Below, piece by piece: positions 12,508 to 24,705 of a stretch of 64,000 nt of DNA. Each line of letters opens with the position of its first letter. Within the stretch, counting starts at the first letter, position 1. The translations under genes were made by a program, and so were the position numbers. Below the pieces are notes generated by a model that did no database searches, was not told the origin of the DNA, and saw only the letters and a program-made list of their open reading frames with translations. This DNA is from Eledone cirrhosa (taxonomy: Eukaryota). The stretch covers positions 158,348,001-158,412,000 of the forward strand of contig OZ024741.1 of the NCBI GenBank assembly GCA_964016885.1. Direction: 5' to 3'.

Positions 12508-13990
12508 ATCCATCACTCTCACTCTCATCCATCACTCTCACTCTCATCCATCACTCCTCCTCTCATCCATCACTCTCACTCTCATCCATCACTCTCACTC
12601 TCATCCATCACTCTCACTCTCATCCATCACTCTCACTCTCATCCATCACTCTCACTCTCATCCATCACTCTCACTCTCATCCATCACTCTCACTCTCATC
12701 CATCACTCCTCCTCTCATCCATCACTCTCACTCTCATCCATCACTCTCACTCTCATCCATCACTCTCACTCTCATCCATCACTCTCACTCTCATCCATCA
12801 CTCTCACTCTCATCCATCACTCCTCCTCTCATCCATCACTCTCACTCTCATCCATCACTCTCACTCTCATCCATCCCTCTCACTCTCATCCATCACTCCT
12901 CCTCTCATCCATCACTCTCACTCTCATCCATCACTCCTCCTCTCACTCTCACCCATCACTCCTCCTCTCACTCTCATCCATCACTCCTCCTCTCATCCAT
13001 CACTCCTCCTCTCACTCTCACCCATCACTCCTCCTCTCACTCACATCCATCACTCCTCCTCTCATCCATCTCTCACTCTCCTCCATCCCTCTCACTCTCC
13101 TCCATCACTCTCACTCTCCTCCATCACTCCTCCTCTCATCCATCACTCTCACTCTCATCCATCACTCCTCCTCTCATCCATCAGTCTCACTCTCATCCAT
13201 CACTCTCACTCTCATCCATCACTCTCACTCTCATCCATCAGTCTCACTCTCATCCATCACTCCTCCTCTCATCCATCACTCTCACTCTCCTCCATCACTC
13301 CTCCTCTCATCCATCACTCTCACTCTCATCCATCACTCCTCCTCTCATCCATCACTCTCACTCTCATCCATCACTCTCACTCTCATCCATCACTCCTCCT
13401 CTCATCCATCACTCTCACTCTCATCCATCACTCCTCCTCTCATCCATCAGTCTCACTCTCATCCATCCCTCACTCCTCCTCTCATCCATCACTCTCACTC
13501 TCATCCATCACTCCTCCTCTCATCCATCACTCTCACTCTCATCCATCACTCTCACTCTCATCCATCACTTCTCCTCTCATCCATCAGTCTCACTCTCATC
13601 CATCCCTCACTCCTCCTCTCATCCATCACTCTCACTCTCATCCATCACTCCTCCTCTCATCCATCACTCTCACTCTCATCCATCACTCCTCCTCTCATCC
13701 ATCACTCTCACTCTCATCCATCACTCCTCCTCTCATCCATCAGTCTCACTCTCATCCATCCCTCACTCCTCCTCTCATCCATCACTCTCACTCTCATCCA
13801 TCACTCCTCCTCTCATCCATCACTCTCACTCTCATCCATCACTCTCACTCTCATCCATCACTCCTCCTCTCATCCATCAGTCTCACTCTCATCCATCCCT
13901 CTCATCCATCAGTCTCACTCTCATCCATCCCTCACTCCTCCTCTCCTCCATCACTCCTCCTCTCCTCCATCACTCCTCCTCTCATCTGTC
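12508..13990. repeat. 19-bp minisatellite (TCATCCATCACTCTCACTC / TCATCCATCACTCCTCCTC)
   Basis: About 75 units with two interspersed variants; the + strand is almost free of G. Confidence 0.95.
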
Positions 13991-14106
13991 ACTCCTCCTC
14001 CCATCTATCGCTCACTTTCTCTTCCATCACCCTCTCTCTCATCAACTACTCTCTCTCTCTGTCATCAATAACTGACCTTCTCTATCACTCATTATTCACC
14101 TTTCCT

Positions 14107-14297
14107 TCGGTGGATTGGCAGTATTGGTAGAGCGTCGGACGCCATGCTTTGCAGCATAGAGTTATGGCCCTTTACGTTCTGAGTTCAAATCCCACCAAGG
14201 TTAATTTTGCCTTTCATCCTTACAGGGTCGATAAAATAAAGTACCAGTAATGCACTGGGGTAATTGTTGGTTTTGTGCCAAAATTAGAAACAATTAA
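14107..14297 (+). mobile_element. tRNA-derived SINE, family A (Meta-domain-like)
   Basis: A box TGGCAGTATTGG, B box GTTCAAATCC, then GCCTTTCATCCTT..GGGTCGATAAAATAAAGTACCAG. Confidence 0.85.
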
Positions 14298-14369
14298 CCT
14301 TTCCATTTCAAACGAGATACAATGCATTTGAATGGAATTTACTAAAATTATTAATTATATCAATATTAA

Positions 14370-14586
14370 CCCTTTAGCATTTAAACCGGCCATATCCGGC
14401 CAGAATTCTTTCCCCTCTTTCTGTTCAAATTGGCCATAACCAGCCACTCATACCAATGTTAAGGTATTGTTCTCAAAATAAATAACATCAAAATCTCCTA
14501 GATTCAATATTATGAGAGATTTTTTATGATTTTTATGATCTGTGAAAATACAATAGCAAATTTAGAGTAATGCAAATGCTAAAGGG
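14370..14586. mobile_element. piggyBac-like MITE
   Basis: TTAA target duplication on both sides; TIRs CCCTTTAGCATTT / AAATGCTAAAGGG. Related copy at 40749-40933. Confidence 0.85.
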
Positions 14587-14786
14587 TTAAGACAGTTTTT
14601 GTAATATAACTTGACAAAAGATTTTTATATCACATTCTATTGGAAGATTTTGATTTAAGAAAGAGCCTTTTTAAAATGGGTGGGTTTTTTTTCATAGAAC
14701 AAGAGCTGCTTTGGGGTAGGTTGATATCAAAAGAGTTATTAGCCATCAGTCTTTCACTTATCACACTTCTTTTGATTTCTTTTCAG

Positions 14787-14929
14787 TCGGTGCTCCTTTA
14801 GTATTTCTATGGGTGAATCCCACACTTGGCTTATAGTTTCAAATAAGAAAAATCCAAACTCAAATGCATCTGGCGATTATGTTATTCAGTATGTAGAGGA
14901 AGGTAAAATGGCTGATAATAATCCTGAAA
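14787..14929 (+). CDS. Internal exon of the same unnamed gene
   Basis: ttttcag|T CGG... RCSFSISMGESHTWLIVSNKKNPNSNASGDYVIQYVEEGKMADNNPE A|gtaaga; phase 2 in, phase 1 out. Confidence 0.8.
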
Positions 14930-15010
14930 GTAAGAAAAAAATTGATCTTCTAATAACTGTTGTCACCTTTGATCTAATAACAATATTGACTATGCCCCTA
15001 CGGTGGGAGT

Positions 15011-15072
<62 letters not shown>

Positions 15073-15381
15073 AGGGGGTGGGGAGAGGGGGAGACATATC
15101 ATCACCATTTTACATCTGCTTTTCCAAAGCCAATTTCTTCCAGAGAAGGAGAGTGAGAAAGAGATATAGAGGAAGAATCAACCACAGTACTGGACTGGTA
15201 CTTTTTCTTAACCTTGAAAGGATGAAAGGCAAAGTTGACCTTGGCAGGATTTAAAATCAGAGATTACAGAGAGCAGGAAACATACTACAAAACAACATTC
15301 TATTCAACATTTTAATGACTCTGCCAATTTCCTGCCTTTGGTGATTTTTATTTGTCTAATAATGTATTTGTGTTGTTTCAG

Positions 15382-15431
15382 ATTCATTAAAAAAAGCTGA
15401 GAGCATGACTATCTACATTAAACTTGACTGA
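15382..15431 (+). CDS. Terminal coding exon of the unnamed gene
   Basis: tttcag|AT, phase 1, reading (N)SLKKAESMTIYIKLD* with TGA at 15429-15431. Phase is compatible with the previous exon. Confidence 0.75.
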
Positions 15432-15548
15432 TCTGAAATTGTTACCTGTTGGAAGTGATGGAATGGCATATGGAAACCTTCTGTTTAAATACACCAACAT
15501 ACTCTCTCTTTCTCTCTCTCATATATATATAAATTATATATATATATA

Positions 15549-15862
15549 TCATCATCATCATCATCATCATTTTACGTCCGCTTTTCCCTGCTTGCAAGGG
15601 TGGGACGGGAACTGATTCTGGCTTGATTTCTACAGCTGGATGCCCTTCCTAATACCAACCTCATTTACAGTGAGTGCTGGGTGCTTTTTTGCCGTAGCAC
15701 CTCCACGACCACTTTGCCGTGGAATGATATGGACTCCAGTCCCTATCATCCCATTTCTACAGCTGAGTAAACTGGATCAATGTGAAATAAAGTGTCTTGC
15801 TCAAGGAAACAACATATCACCCGGTCTGAGAATTGAACTCAACCTTTCGATTGCAAGGCCAA
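15549..15862 (-). mobile_element. SINE family B (tRNA head, V-like and Ceph-like domains, RTE tail)
   Basis: Reverse complement of the copies at 24012, 24378 and 33771; (ATG)n tail. Confidence 0.85.
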
Positions 15863-16583
15863 TCATATATATATAATTATCTAACAACCTACCTATCTAT
15901 CTATCTATCTATCTATCTGTCTATCTATTTATCTACCTAGCAATCTACTTATCTATCTGTTTGTGTGTGTGTGTGTGTGAATAGTGGCAAAAGAAATCCT
16001 TAACAGAAACAGTGTGATCTCAGTTGACAATAAAGATATAATAAACTCTGCTACAATTTATTCACTACTTTTTCTCGTTTGTAAACATAAACACATCGAT
16101 TCATTAACAGCCAACTATGAAATGTTGGCTAAAGAAAATGTAGTAACAATGACAGTGTCATTTCATGGCCACAGACTGGGCTCTGGAACAAGTAATAGAT
16201 TAACTGAATATATATATATAAATATACAGCACTTTGTGCTGTACTGAAGTGGTGCTGATGCCATGACAAAAGTACCCAGTCCACCATGTAAGGTGGTAGT
16301 ACTAGTGCCATGATAAATAGCATCAAGTCCACCCTGTAAGGAGGTAGTGCTGAAGTCATGATAAAATGTTCCCAGTACATTCTGTAAATTGTGTGTTAGG
16401 AAGAGCATTTAGTCATAGAAAACAAGCCAAAGCAAAGCATATAAGCAGGACCTAGTTGGACACAACAGCTACGTAACCCATGCAAGAATGGAAAATACAC
16501 ATTAAACAGTGATCATGATGATGAAATATATATATATATTAATTCAAAATATTAATAAATATAGACATTCAATGTAATCAAAA

Positions 16584-16653
16584 TATATTTTATTATATAT
16601 ATTTCGGAGGTACTGTGCTGTTTTTTCAGTACGTCCTCATCAGATAAAATATA
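16584..16653 (-). ncRNA. Minimal type I hammerhead ribozyme in a (TA)n-flanked pLTR fragment
   Basis: Minus strand: tatattttat CTGATGA ggacgtactg-loop-cagtacctcc GAAA tatatata ataaaatata. Canonical core and palindromic stem III region. Confidence 0.85.
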
Positions 16654-17268
16654 TAAATTGATGTACCTCAACTGTGCTGATGGTTCAATTCCAGTCTTGG
16701 CAGTTTAACTTTTGGTTATATATATATTTATATATATATATATAAGCAAGTGAATAAATGAAGGAGTCGCTAGCTGTTACAAGTTGTTTATACAATTCTA
16801 GAGATGTTAGAATTATATATATATATATAATTCTAACATCTCTTACTATCAGGACTCTTAATATGGATAAGCATTCATATACTCCCAGATGAACCCATAT
16901 CTCGTTACATACATGAATTCTTCACTAGCAACTACAATATACCGCAAAATGAGTGGTAGTAGTTGACCTGTTTACACCACTGTCACTAAGGTCAGTTAGT
17001 TCTCCAAACCAGAACACCCCTATTTTCTAGCTATATACATTTATTATAGCTGGTTGTTAAAAACAGACTGACCTGTTTCAAGGACAATAGACTTGGTACT
17101 GGAGTGTTAAGGTGTATTCTTCTGATGCTTGAATTCATTCATTCTAATTCATATGCCACCAGTTCTTTGAGAAAACAACACCACACTTTGGAACTGGGCA
17201 TATCAATGAAAAAACAGAGGTAAACTTTGCACCATTATGTTTTCTTGGTTTTTCTGTTCAAGTTCTAG

Positions 17269-17325
17269 CTGCCTGATGAGGTCATAGCTGTTGAATAATG
17301 GTTATCACCAAAATATATATTGCAG
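17269..17325 (+). ncRNA. Degenerate hammerhead motif (G12->A)
   Basis: ctgc CTGATGA ggtcatagc...gttatcacc AAAA tatatatt gcag. Stems I and II pair, but GAAA is mutated. Confidence 0.6.
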
Positions 17326-17374
17326 TGAATATGAATAAATAAAGTTAATTTTAACCTCTTGACTTACACTTCTT

Positions 17375-17432
<58 letters not shown>

Positions 17433-17547
17433 GTAAATTCCTGACCGCGGCGCTGCAGTTAGGATTTTATCTAGCTCTATACCCACATTGAGTACTCCCA
17501 TGATTAGTAGTCTCCTCGGTCTCAACCCCGCAGACTCTCCCCACCTC

Positions 17548-17592
<45 letters not shown>

Positions 17593-17760
17593 GCTGTAGA
17601 AATCAAGCCAGAATCAGTTCCCGTCCCACCCTTGCAAGCAGGGAAAAGTGGACGTAAAATGAAATGAAATGATGAAATGATATACTATCCAGGAAGCTCC
17701 AACCATTAATGTTGTCTTTTTTTCTGGGTATGTCAATATTTATTTATAAAACAAATCTGT

Positions 17761-17824
17761 ATTTTATCTGATGAAAGCGCACCATAATTCGCATTGGTTG
17801 CCCTTGAAATATGTATAATAAAAT
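17761..17824 (+). ncRNA. Minimal type I hammerhead ribozyme
   Basis: attttat CTGATGA aagcgcacca...tggttgccctt GAAA tatgtata ataaaat. Confidence 0.8.
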
Positions 17825-19026
17825 GAATATGGTTTTATAAATATAGTTTCCATTTATTAATATATTGTTATTACTCCACTAAATTGTTGAGTGCTTTATA
17901 TCAGTTATAAAAATGTTTAAGCTTGTTGAATCCCAACAAATTAAATATAACCTCTGAATATATATATATATATATATATGTATGTATATATATATATATA
18001 TATATAGTTACATTTTTACACTTTGTTGGGGAGGATGCTGCAATTAAAAACACATGCACCAGTTGAGTTTCAATTTCTTTTTAATATTAGTCAGGTAACT
18101 AATCCATTCCTTGGTTAGTTTAGCAACTGGATGGTTATTTAATTGTCAAACCTCTTTTGTCACACAGTCTATGAATTACTCAATGAATATTAAACTAACC
18201 GTGGAATGGATTATTTACTTGACTTATCATAAAACTGAAGTGGAACTCAATTGGTGTATGTATTTTTACTGGCAGTATGACCTTCCTACCGCACCATTCT
18301 TCGTGCGGGTGAACAAGGGACGTGTCCAGGCCTTATATCAAGAGGTCTGTTTAAAAAATATATTGCAGTCTCCATTTTTTGCCACAAAAGCTGGAAATGG
18401 GCTTGCAACCTATCCTGGGAGGTGTGGGAAGGATTCACAAAGGTTCTGTATCCCGAGACTGCAAAGAGGGGCCAGAAAGGAGCAAACCTTAACAGTTGGA
18501 ACCTGGAACATCACAACCCTTACAGGTAAGGAGCAGGAACTAGTGGAGGAGTCTAGATGTAGACCTTGCAAAATATAAATATATCTGTTTCAACACTCTT
18601 CTACATCAAGTATCTTGCCAAACGAATATGTAAATGAAGAATATATATATATATATGAGAAAGATTGAGATCTTTGGCGCCATGCAGTTGTACAGAAGAC
18701 CTGACTGTCATTGCATACAAACCTACAGTCAGTAGGCACCTCTTAACTCATTGTACACCCCCACCTCGTCCTCCCCTTCCTGTTCCATCCATTGTGTCGA
18801 TGACACAACAGACCACACTGTAAGGTGGTCGTGTAGGAGACACGGTTAAAAGGCTCCCAGTCCACACTGTAAATGTAGTTAATGTTAGGAAGGGCATCCA
18901 GCTGTAAAAAACCTGCCAGAGACACTTCCGTATGAGCGAGACACACTCTTCCAACCATTCCCACATCAAATGGAACAAAACCGACTAACCTATGCTAGCA
19001 TGGTAGATGGACGTTAAATGATGAGA

Positions 19027-19480
19027 ATGATGCGTATGAAGGATGACAGCTGCATAAAAAGGTGCAGGGCACTAAAAGTTGATGGAAGCCTTGGAGTGGG
19101 GAGACCCAAGAAGACCTGGGATGAGGTGATAAAAGCTGACCTTGTCCAATTGCACCTCACAAAAGTGATGACACAGGACCGTGTCCTCTGGTGTCCCAAC
19201 TTCCCACGGGTACAAGACGAAGCTGAAACATATAGACAATATGTCCCCACCACCTTCCACTATAAAGTGGCCGTGGAGGTGTCACAACAAAAAAAGCACC
19301 CAGCACTCACTGTAAATGAGGTTGGTGTTAGGAAGGGCATCCAGCTGTAGAAATCAAGCCAAAATCAGTTCCCTTATGAGCAAGACAAGGTCACCCAACC
19401 TGGCACTGCCCACAACAGGACAACCCATCTAACCCATGCTAGTGTGGAAGAATGGACATAAAACAGTGATGATGATAATG
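19027..19480 (+). mobile_element. RTE 3' fragment with Ceph-like tail
   Basis: MRMKDDSCIKRCRAL...GRPKKTWDEV matches the RTE ORF C-terminus; (ATG)n tail. Confidence 0.75.
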
Positions 19481-19481
19481 A

Positions 19482-19530
<49 letters not shown>

Positions 19531-19706
19531 ATAACTAACAAATATTTTTATCGCTCTACATGGCTGAATACAAGAAATGTATATCTGAGTTTTTTCAAAT
19601 ATTAATAATAATATTCAATTCATTTGCAATTATGCAAACAGCCTCCTTAAGCCATATCAGTAGAATGAGCCCATCATTCTTGCTGGTGTATTGGCATATA
19701 AACAGA

Positions 19707-19753
19707 ACGGCAGACACTAATGTTTCTGGGTGATTACCCTTCATCAGTACCAT
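19707..19753 (-). ncRNA. Minimal hammerhead ribozyme (left arm, intact core)
   Basis: Minus strand: atggta CTGATGA agggt-aatc-accca GAAA cattagtg TC tgccgt; GUC site. Confidence 0.8.
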
Positions 19754-19821
19754 ATACTGTTTATCTGCCAGAAAATATCATATACTTTCACTAGCTCTGA
19801 CAGTTGGCAGGTAAACAGTGT

Positions 19822-19868
19822 ATGGTACTGATGAAGGGTAATCACCCACAAACATTAGTGTCTGTCGG
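19822..19868 (+). ncRNA. Hammerhead motif (right arm, G12->C)
   Basis: atggta CTGATGA agggtaatcaccca CAAA cattagtg TC tgtcgg. Confidence 0.6.
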
Positions 19869-20009
19869 TCTGTTTACATGCCAACACAACAGCAAGAATG
19901 ACAGGGCCATTCTACTGATATGGCTTAAAGAGGCTGTTTGCATAATTGCAAATGAATTGAATATTATTATTAATATCCGAAAAATCTCAGATATATATAT
20001 ACATATAAT

Positions 20010-20597
20010 ATATTGGTTGAGTCATAAATCATTTCCGTTTTAGTAAAATAATTTATTCATGAATAATTTAACAATAAATTAATTGTTTCTACTTTAGGCA
20101 CAAGGCCAGCAATTATTCAGTGCATTACTGGTACTTTATTTTATCGACCCCGTAAGGATGAAAGGCAAAGTCAACCTCGGCAGGATTTGAACTCAGATCG
20201 TAAAGGGACGTAACTATACTGGAAAGCATGGCGTCCGACCCTCTACCGATACTGCCAATCCACTGCCTTAACAATAAATTAATATCAATTAATAGTATAT
20301 TTGCCGTTCTTTTGAATCACCTCCTGCCATTTATCAGGTAGCTTGTTAATTCCTCTTAAGTAAAATTCAGCTGCTTTCAAGCTCAAGAAGTTTTCCTCAA
20401 ATGTTTTCATCTAATCTTCTTGAGAAAACTTTTTGCCATTCAGAGCATTTTGTAGAGAATGAAAAAGATGGAAATCACTTGATGCAAGATCTGGTAAATA
20501 TGGTGGATGGGGTAGAACAGACCAGCCTAAATCCAATACTTTTTCCTGCATGATTCTTGCTCAATGTGGCTTTGCATTATCATGGAGAAGCACAATG
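20010..20597 (-). mobile_element. Mariner transposon 3' part, decayed and interrupted by a SINE
   Basis: Minus-strand translation IVLLHDNAKPH...LGWSVLPHPPYLPDLASSDFHLF...GINKLPDKWQEVI; TIR-like TATTGGTTGAGTCATAAATCATTTCCGTTT at 20010. Confidence 0.88.
20084..20267 (-). mobile_element. SINE family A with a 16-bp TSD
   Basis: TTAACAATAAATTAAT duplicated at 20068-20083 and 20268-20283. Confidence 0.92.
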
Positions 20598-21178
20598 ATA
20601 GATAGATAGATAGATTTCTTTATTAGCCACAAGGGCGCAACAAGAAAGGGGACAATACAAAGACATGCCGGGGATTTTACATACAGTCGTGTAAAAAATA
20701 TAAAAACAAACAATTTCAACAATCGAAATCCCCAATAGGGGGGAGGCGCCACAAATGGGTTGTTTAATACCCCGTCGATAGAACAACCCTCAACTCAAGG
20801 AGCGAGTTGTGCAAGTGCTCCTTTCTTCCTTTTGCTCTCTTCCTCAACCTACAGGCTTATAAACAGAGAAGGCCCAATCACTCGGGCCATTTTCGCTTCA
20901 TTCACCCACCTTTCAGTAAATTTACTGGGGTGCAGTGCCTCTCTCTCCACCCTGATTCTCCTTCTAAAGTGATACTTAAAGAATGGAATCAATTGTTGTC
21001 CGGAGAGAAAGGCATCTGTCCTCAGTCCTCTCAACCTCGTCCACCATATAACTTCTTTCACCATAGCCACCGTACAGAGGAAAACCGCCTCTCTTTCGTT
21101 TTTGAAAGAGTCTGGCGGTTTGATCCTTACTATGGACTCGGCAGTCAACAGATAGATAGATAGATAGATAGATAGATA
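20598..21178 (-). mobile_element. 5'-truncated non-LTR element (Tx1/L1-like ORF2 C-terminus) inserted in (GATA)n
   Basis: ORF end ...AMVKEVIWWTR...FTERWV..., a 3' UTR ending AATAAAGAAATCTATCTATC, and (GATA)n at both ends. The clade assignment is an inference. Confidence 0.6.
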
Positions 21179-21404
21179 AATGTAGTTTTTATTACCCAAA
21201 GATAAACACATATGTAGATAGCTATAGATAATTGCTGTTCTCCCACTGACAAACGGTGAGTTTGGGGAAAGGTATCAAATTACCATTTTCCAAAACAAAT
21301 CTAGCACAAACACACATATATATATAATCTCTCTCACTCTTTCTCTCTCTCACCCCTCCCTTTCTTTCTTCCACTATATATATATATATCTATATATATA
21401 CATT

Positions 21405-21940
21405 AACAAATCCTTCAGCAGACCAACCAACATAACTAAAAACCTGTTTAAGAATGTCTCATTGAGGCATTCCCATTTGTCAGTGAATGAGCAATTTTCC
21501 CCAATCATTCCAAACATTATTATGAAGCTCTGGCTTGGTATGGATTTCTAGATAAGGCAGAATACATTAAGTGTGAGCTCAAAATTAGAGAAAAAATAGA
21601 TCTAATGGTTTATATGGTTTAACCGACCATATAATCTGGAAGTGGCCTCCCCAATAGCTAGTTTTCCTTAGGAAGAATTTCCCCTTAGCATATTCAATAG
21701 AAACACTGTTAAAATAACCTATTCCACAACTCCCAAGCTTGCTCATAGCTTTACTGCATCTAACTTAGCCAAATTATCTAACCTGTAGAAATATAGACAA
21801 TCCCTAATTTAGTTCTAGCTGTAATTGCAATAATAGAAACAACTGTCTTTTAGTTTTTAATTGTAAGGTCGATGCACCCACAACTAATAAAACTTACATA
21901 GGGTTAGCCAATAGATTCAAGCAGCATTTATACATGCACT
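21405..21940 (+). mobile_element. Highly decayed PLE fragment
   Basis: Aligns by eye to 38190-38770 (NITKNL..NVSLR, NRNTVKITYSTTP, CNC, YIGL). Confidence 0.75.
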
Positions 21941-21978
21941 CTCGTTTAGTTTTTGTATTTATTATTATTACTACGCAC

Positions 21979-22152
21979 GGGCGGTGGATTGGCAGTATCG
22001 GTAGAGGGTCGGACGCCATGCTTTCCAGCATAGTTACGTCCCTTTACGATCTGAGTTCAAATCCCGCCGAGGTTGACTTTGCCTTTCATCCTTATGGGGT
22101 CGATAAAATAAAGTACCAGTAATTGCTGGCCTTGTGCCTAAAAGTGGAAACA
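21979..22152 (+). mobile_element. SINE family A with a TSD
   Basis: ATTATTATTACTAC(G/A)CAC flanks both ends. Confidence 0.9.
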
Positions 22153-23015
22153 ATTATTATTACTACACACACAAACACATTTTGTTTTTGTATGAGTCTT
22201 GCAAGATTCTTGATGTGTATTATGTGTTGATTTCTGAAATTGGCATTTGGGAGGTTAGTTACTACAGGTACCTAGTTTACAAAATGTTTTGATTAGATCT
22301 AAAGTATGGCCATTGCAATTGTGTGATAAAGAAAGGCCATCATCTCAGTACAAACCAGTAGGGTAGTTGAGGATTCTTAAGTGTATGAAGAAAATATACA
22401 CCAATCAGGTCACACACATTGGCACTGCCATACAACCTCACTGAGACATCAAAGGAATCCTCTGGATCAAGTTTTAAGTCCTATGGTCCCATTATTAAAC
22501 AGAGGATGTTTTTGTGGATGTCTAAAATAAGTTTGAATTCCTCATCACTAATGTAACTAATGAACAGTGGGTGAACTCTAAAGCCTTGGCTAATAGTGGC
22601 CTATAAATGAACGAATAAAATTCCCTTGTGACAATCTATGTAAATCTGGCTTGATTTTCATCTACATGAGGTTGAATTGAACCTAGAATAACATTATCTT
22701 CAGTAATACCCTGTAATTTCAACTCTGCCATATGTGTGTGTATATAAGATTTGAACCTACAACAATGTGGTCTGCAGTAATGGCTAACAAAATGGAGAAA
22801 AATACATATTAGACTTTAAAAAAAGAAAATATGCACTGAAGTTTGATATGATTGGCTGGCAGGACAATAACTGAAACAAAAGAATATATATTTACATACA
22901 CACATTGTATGTCAATACTCATCCTTTTCCATTTCTCAGAGGGTTCTAAACCCTACTATCAGGCTAAAATTTCTTTAGTCAAACAATACAGCAAAAGCTT
23001 CTATTTCTAAATTAA

Positions 23016-23048
<33 letters not shown>

Positions 23049-23086
23049 GTAAAAATATTTTTCGAAACACCGAGCGGGTTTGAAAT

Positions 23087-23309
23087 TATTATAAATGTAA
23101 GCTATCGCCATATTTTGACTAAAGAAATTAAAGAAATTATTTAGCCTGGTAGTGGGGTTAAGAACCCTCGGAGAAATAGAAAAAGATGAGTATTGACGTA
23201 CATGTACGTCAATACTCATCTTTTTCCATTTCTCTTAACCCCACTACCAGGCTAAATAATTTCTTTAATTTCTTTAGTCAAAATACGGCGATAGCTTACA
23301 TTTATAATA
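23087..23309. repeat. Spacer-less ~110-bp-arm palindrome
   Basis: Centre GACGTACA|TGTACGTC at 23202/23203; one ~10-bp indel between arms. A diverged third copy lies at ~22905-23003. Confidence 0.92.
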
Positions 23310-23329
23310 TATATATATATATAGTAATA

Positions 23330-23842
23330 ATAATAAATTTGAAGACTAAAATCCAAAGAGGGCTCGATAAGGATAAATATATATCAAATATATAAGAACC
23401 AAATATATTTGGATTTTAGTATATAAAATAGCTCCATATTGCATAATCGGCAGTAAGGCTGGCCTGCACGATATGCGGAAGCACTAGAAAGTTTTGTCCA
23501 TTTCAAAGTGTATTGCAGGTTACTTTCGCACAACTGCCAAATTGTATTGGCTAAGGTAGTTACGGAACGGTATTTGATGTTCTTTATCGAACTACGGTGT
23601 TGGTACCAACGATATTTAAAAGTGGTAGAGGTACAGCCGATACAGTGCCATCTTCGGTTATCCAATTCAACGGTGCATTGATACACCAAATTGGATTCCA
23701 TGCATTTGTTATTCAGAGGGCAACGATCAGGTAGGTTGCAGTTGCACTTATCAGCTCCTGTAGTATTATTATCTTGTACAGATTGCGTTAGGTTTATATG
23801 TGTGTCTGCTGCAGGAGGGTTTACATTCAGTGGTTGAGAGTT
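23330..23842 (-). mobile_element. PLE GIY-YIG fragment
   Basis: CNCNLPDRCPLNNKC, LVYQC, CIGCT..FKYRWYQH, CRLCNME. Confidence 0.88.
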
Positions 23843-23904
23843 ATATATATATATATATATATATATATAACTCTCAACCACTGAATGTAAACCCTCCTGC
23901 AGCA

Positions 23905-24011
<107 letters not shown>

Positions 24012-24358
24012 AAGACACATGACTTAGTGGTTAGAGCATTGGCCTTGCAATCGAAAGGTTGTGAGTTCAATTCTCAGACCGGGTGATGTGTTGTTTCCTT
24101 GAGCAAGACACTTTATTTCACATTGCTCCAGTTTACTCAGCTGTAGATATGAGATGATAGGGACTGGGGTTCCTATCATTCCACTGCAAAGTGGTCGTGG
24201 AGGTGCCACGGCAAAAAAGCACCCAGCACTCACTGTAAATGAGGTTGGTGTTAGGAAGGGCATCCAGCTGTAGAAATCAAGCCAGAATCAGTTCCCGTCC
24301 CACCCTTGCAAGCAGGGAAAAAGCGGACGTAAAATGAAATGATGATGATGATGATGAT
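24012..24358 (+). mobile_element. SINE family B, first of two tandem copies
   Basis: tRNA-like head TAGTGGTTAGAGC...GAGTTCAATTCT; CCTTGAGCAAGACACTT; TTAGGAAGGGCATCCAGC; RTE-type tail. Confidence 0.9.
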
Positions 24359-24377
24359 ATATATATATATATATTAT

Positions 24378-24705
24378 GGAGGCACATGGCTTAGTGGTTA
24401 GAGCATTGGTCTTGCAATCGAAAGGTTGTGAGTTCAATTTTCAGACTGGGTGATGTGTTGTTTCCTTGAGCAAGACACTTTATTTCACATTGCTCCAGTT
24501 TACTCAGCTGTAGAAATGAGATGATAGGGACCCCACTGCAAAGTCGTCGTGTAGGTGCCACGGCAAAAAAGCACCCAGCACTCACTGTAAATGAGGTTGG
24601 TGTTAGGAAGGGCATCCAGCTGTAGAAATCAAGCCACAATCAGTTCCCGTCCCACCCTTGCAAGCAGGGAAAAGTGGACGTAAAATGAAATGATGAAATG
24701 ATGAT
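24378..24705 (+). mobile_element. SINE family B, second copy
   Basis: Same structure as the copy at 24012. Confidence 0.9.

Larger units (their letters stand above)
19581..19994. repeat. ~190-bp inverted repeat with a 34-bp spacer, each arm carrying a hammerhead motif
   Basis: 19581-19770 versus 19805-19994 match as reverse complements at roughly 85-90% by eye; TA repeats lie nearby on both sides. Confidence 0.9.

Noticed and set aside
12448-14130. 560-aa His/Ser/Leu ORF
   Set aside because: A nearly G-free 19-bp minisatellite that lacks stop codons by composition; the unit is not a multiple of 3.
22630-22710. CTGAAGA...GAAA on the minus strand
   Set aside because: Stem III can form, but stems I and II do not pair convincingly.
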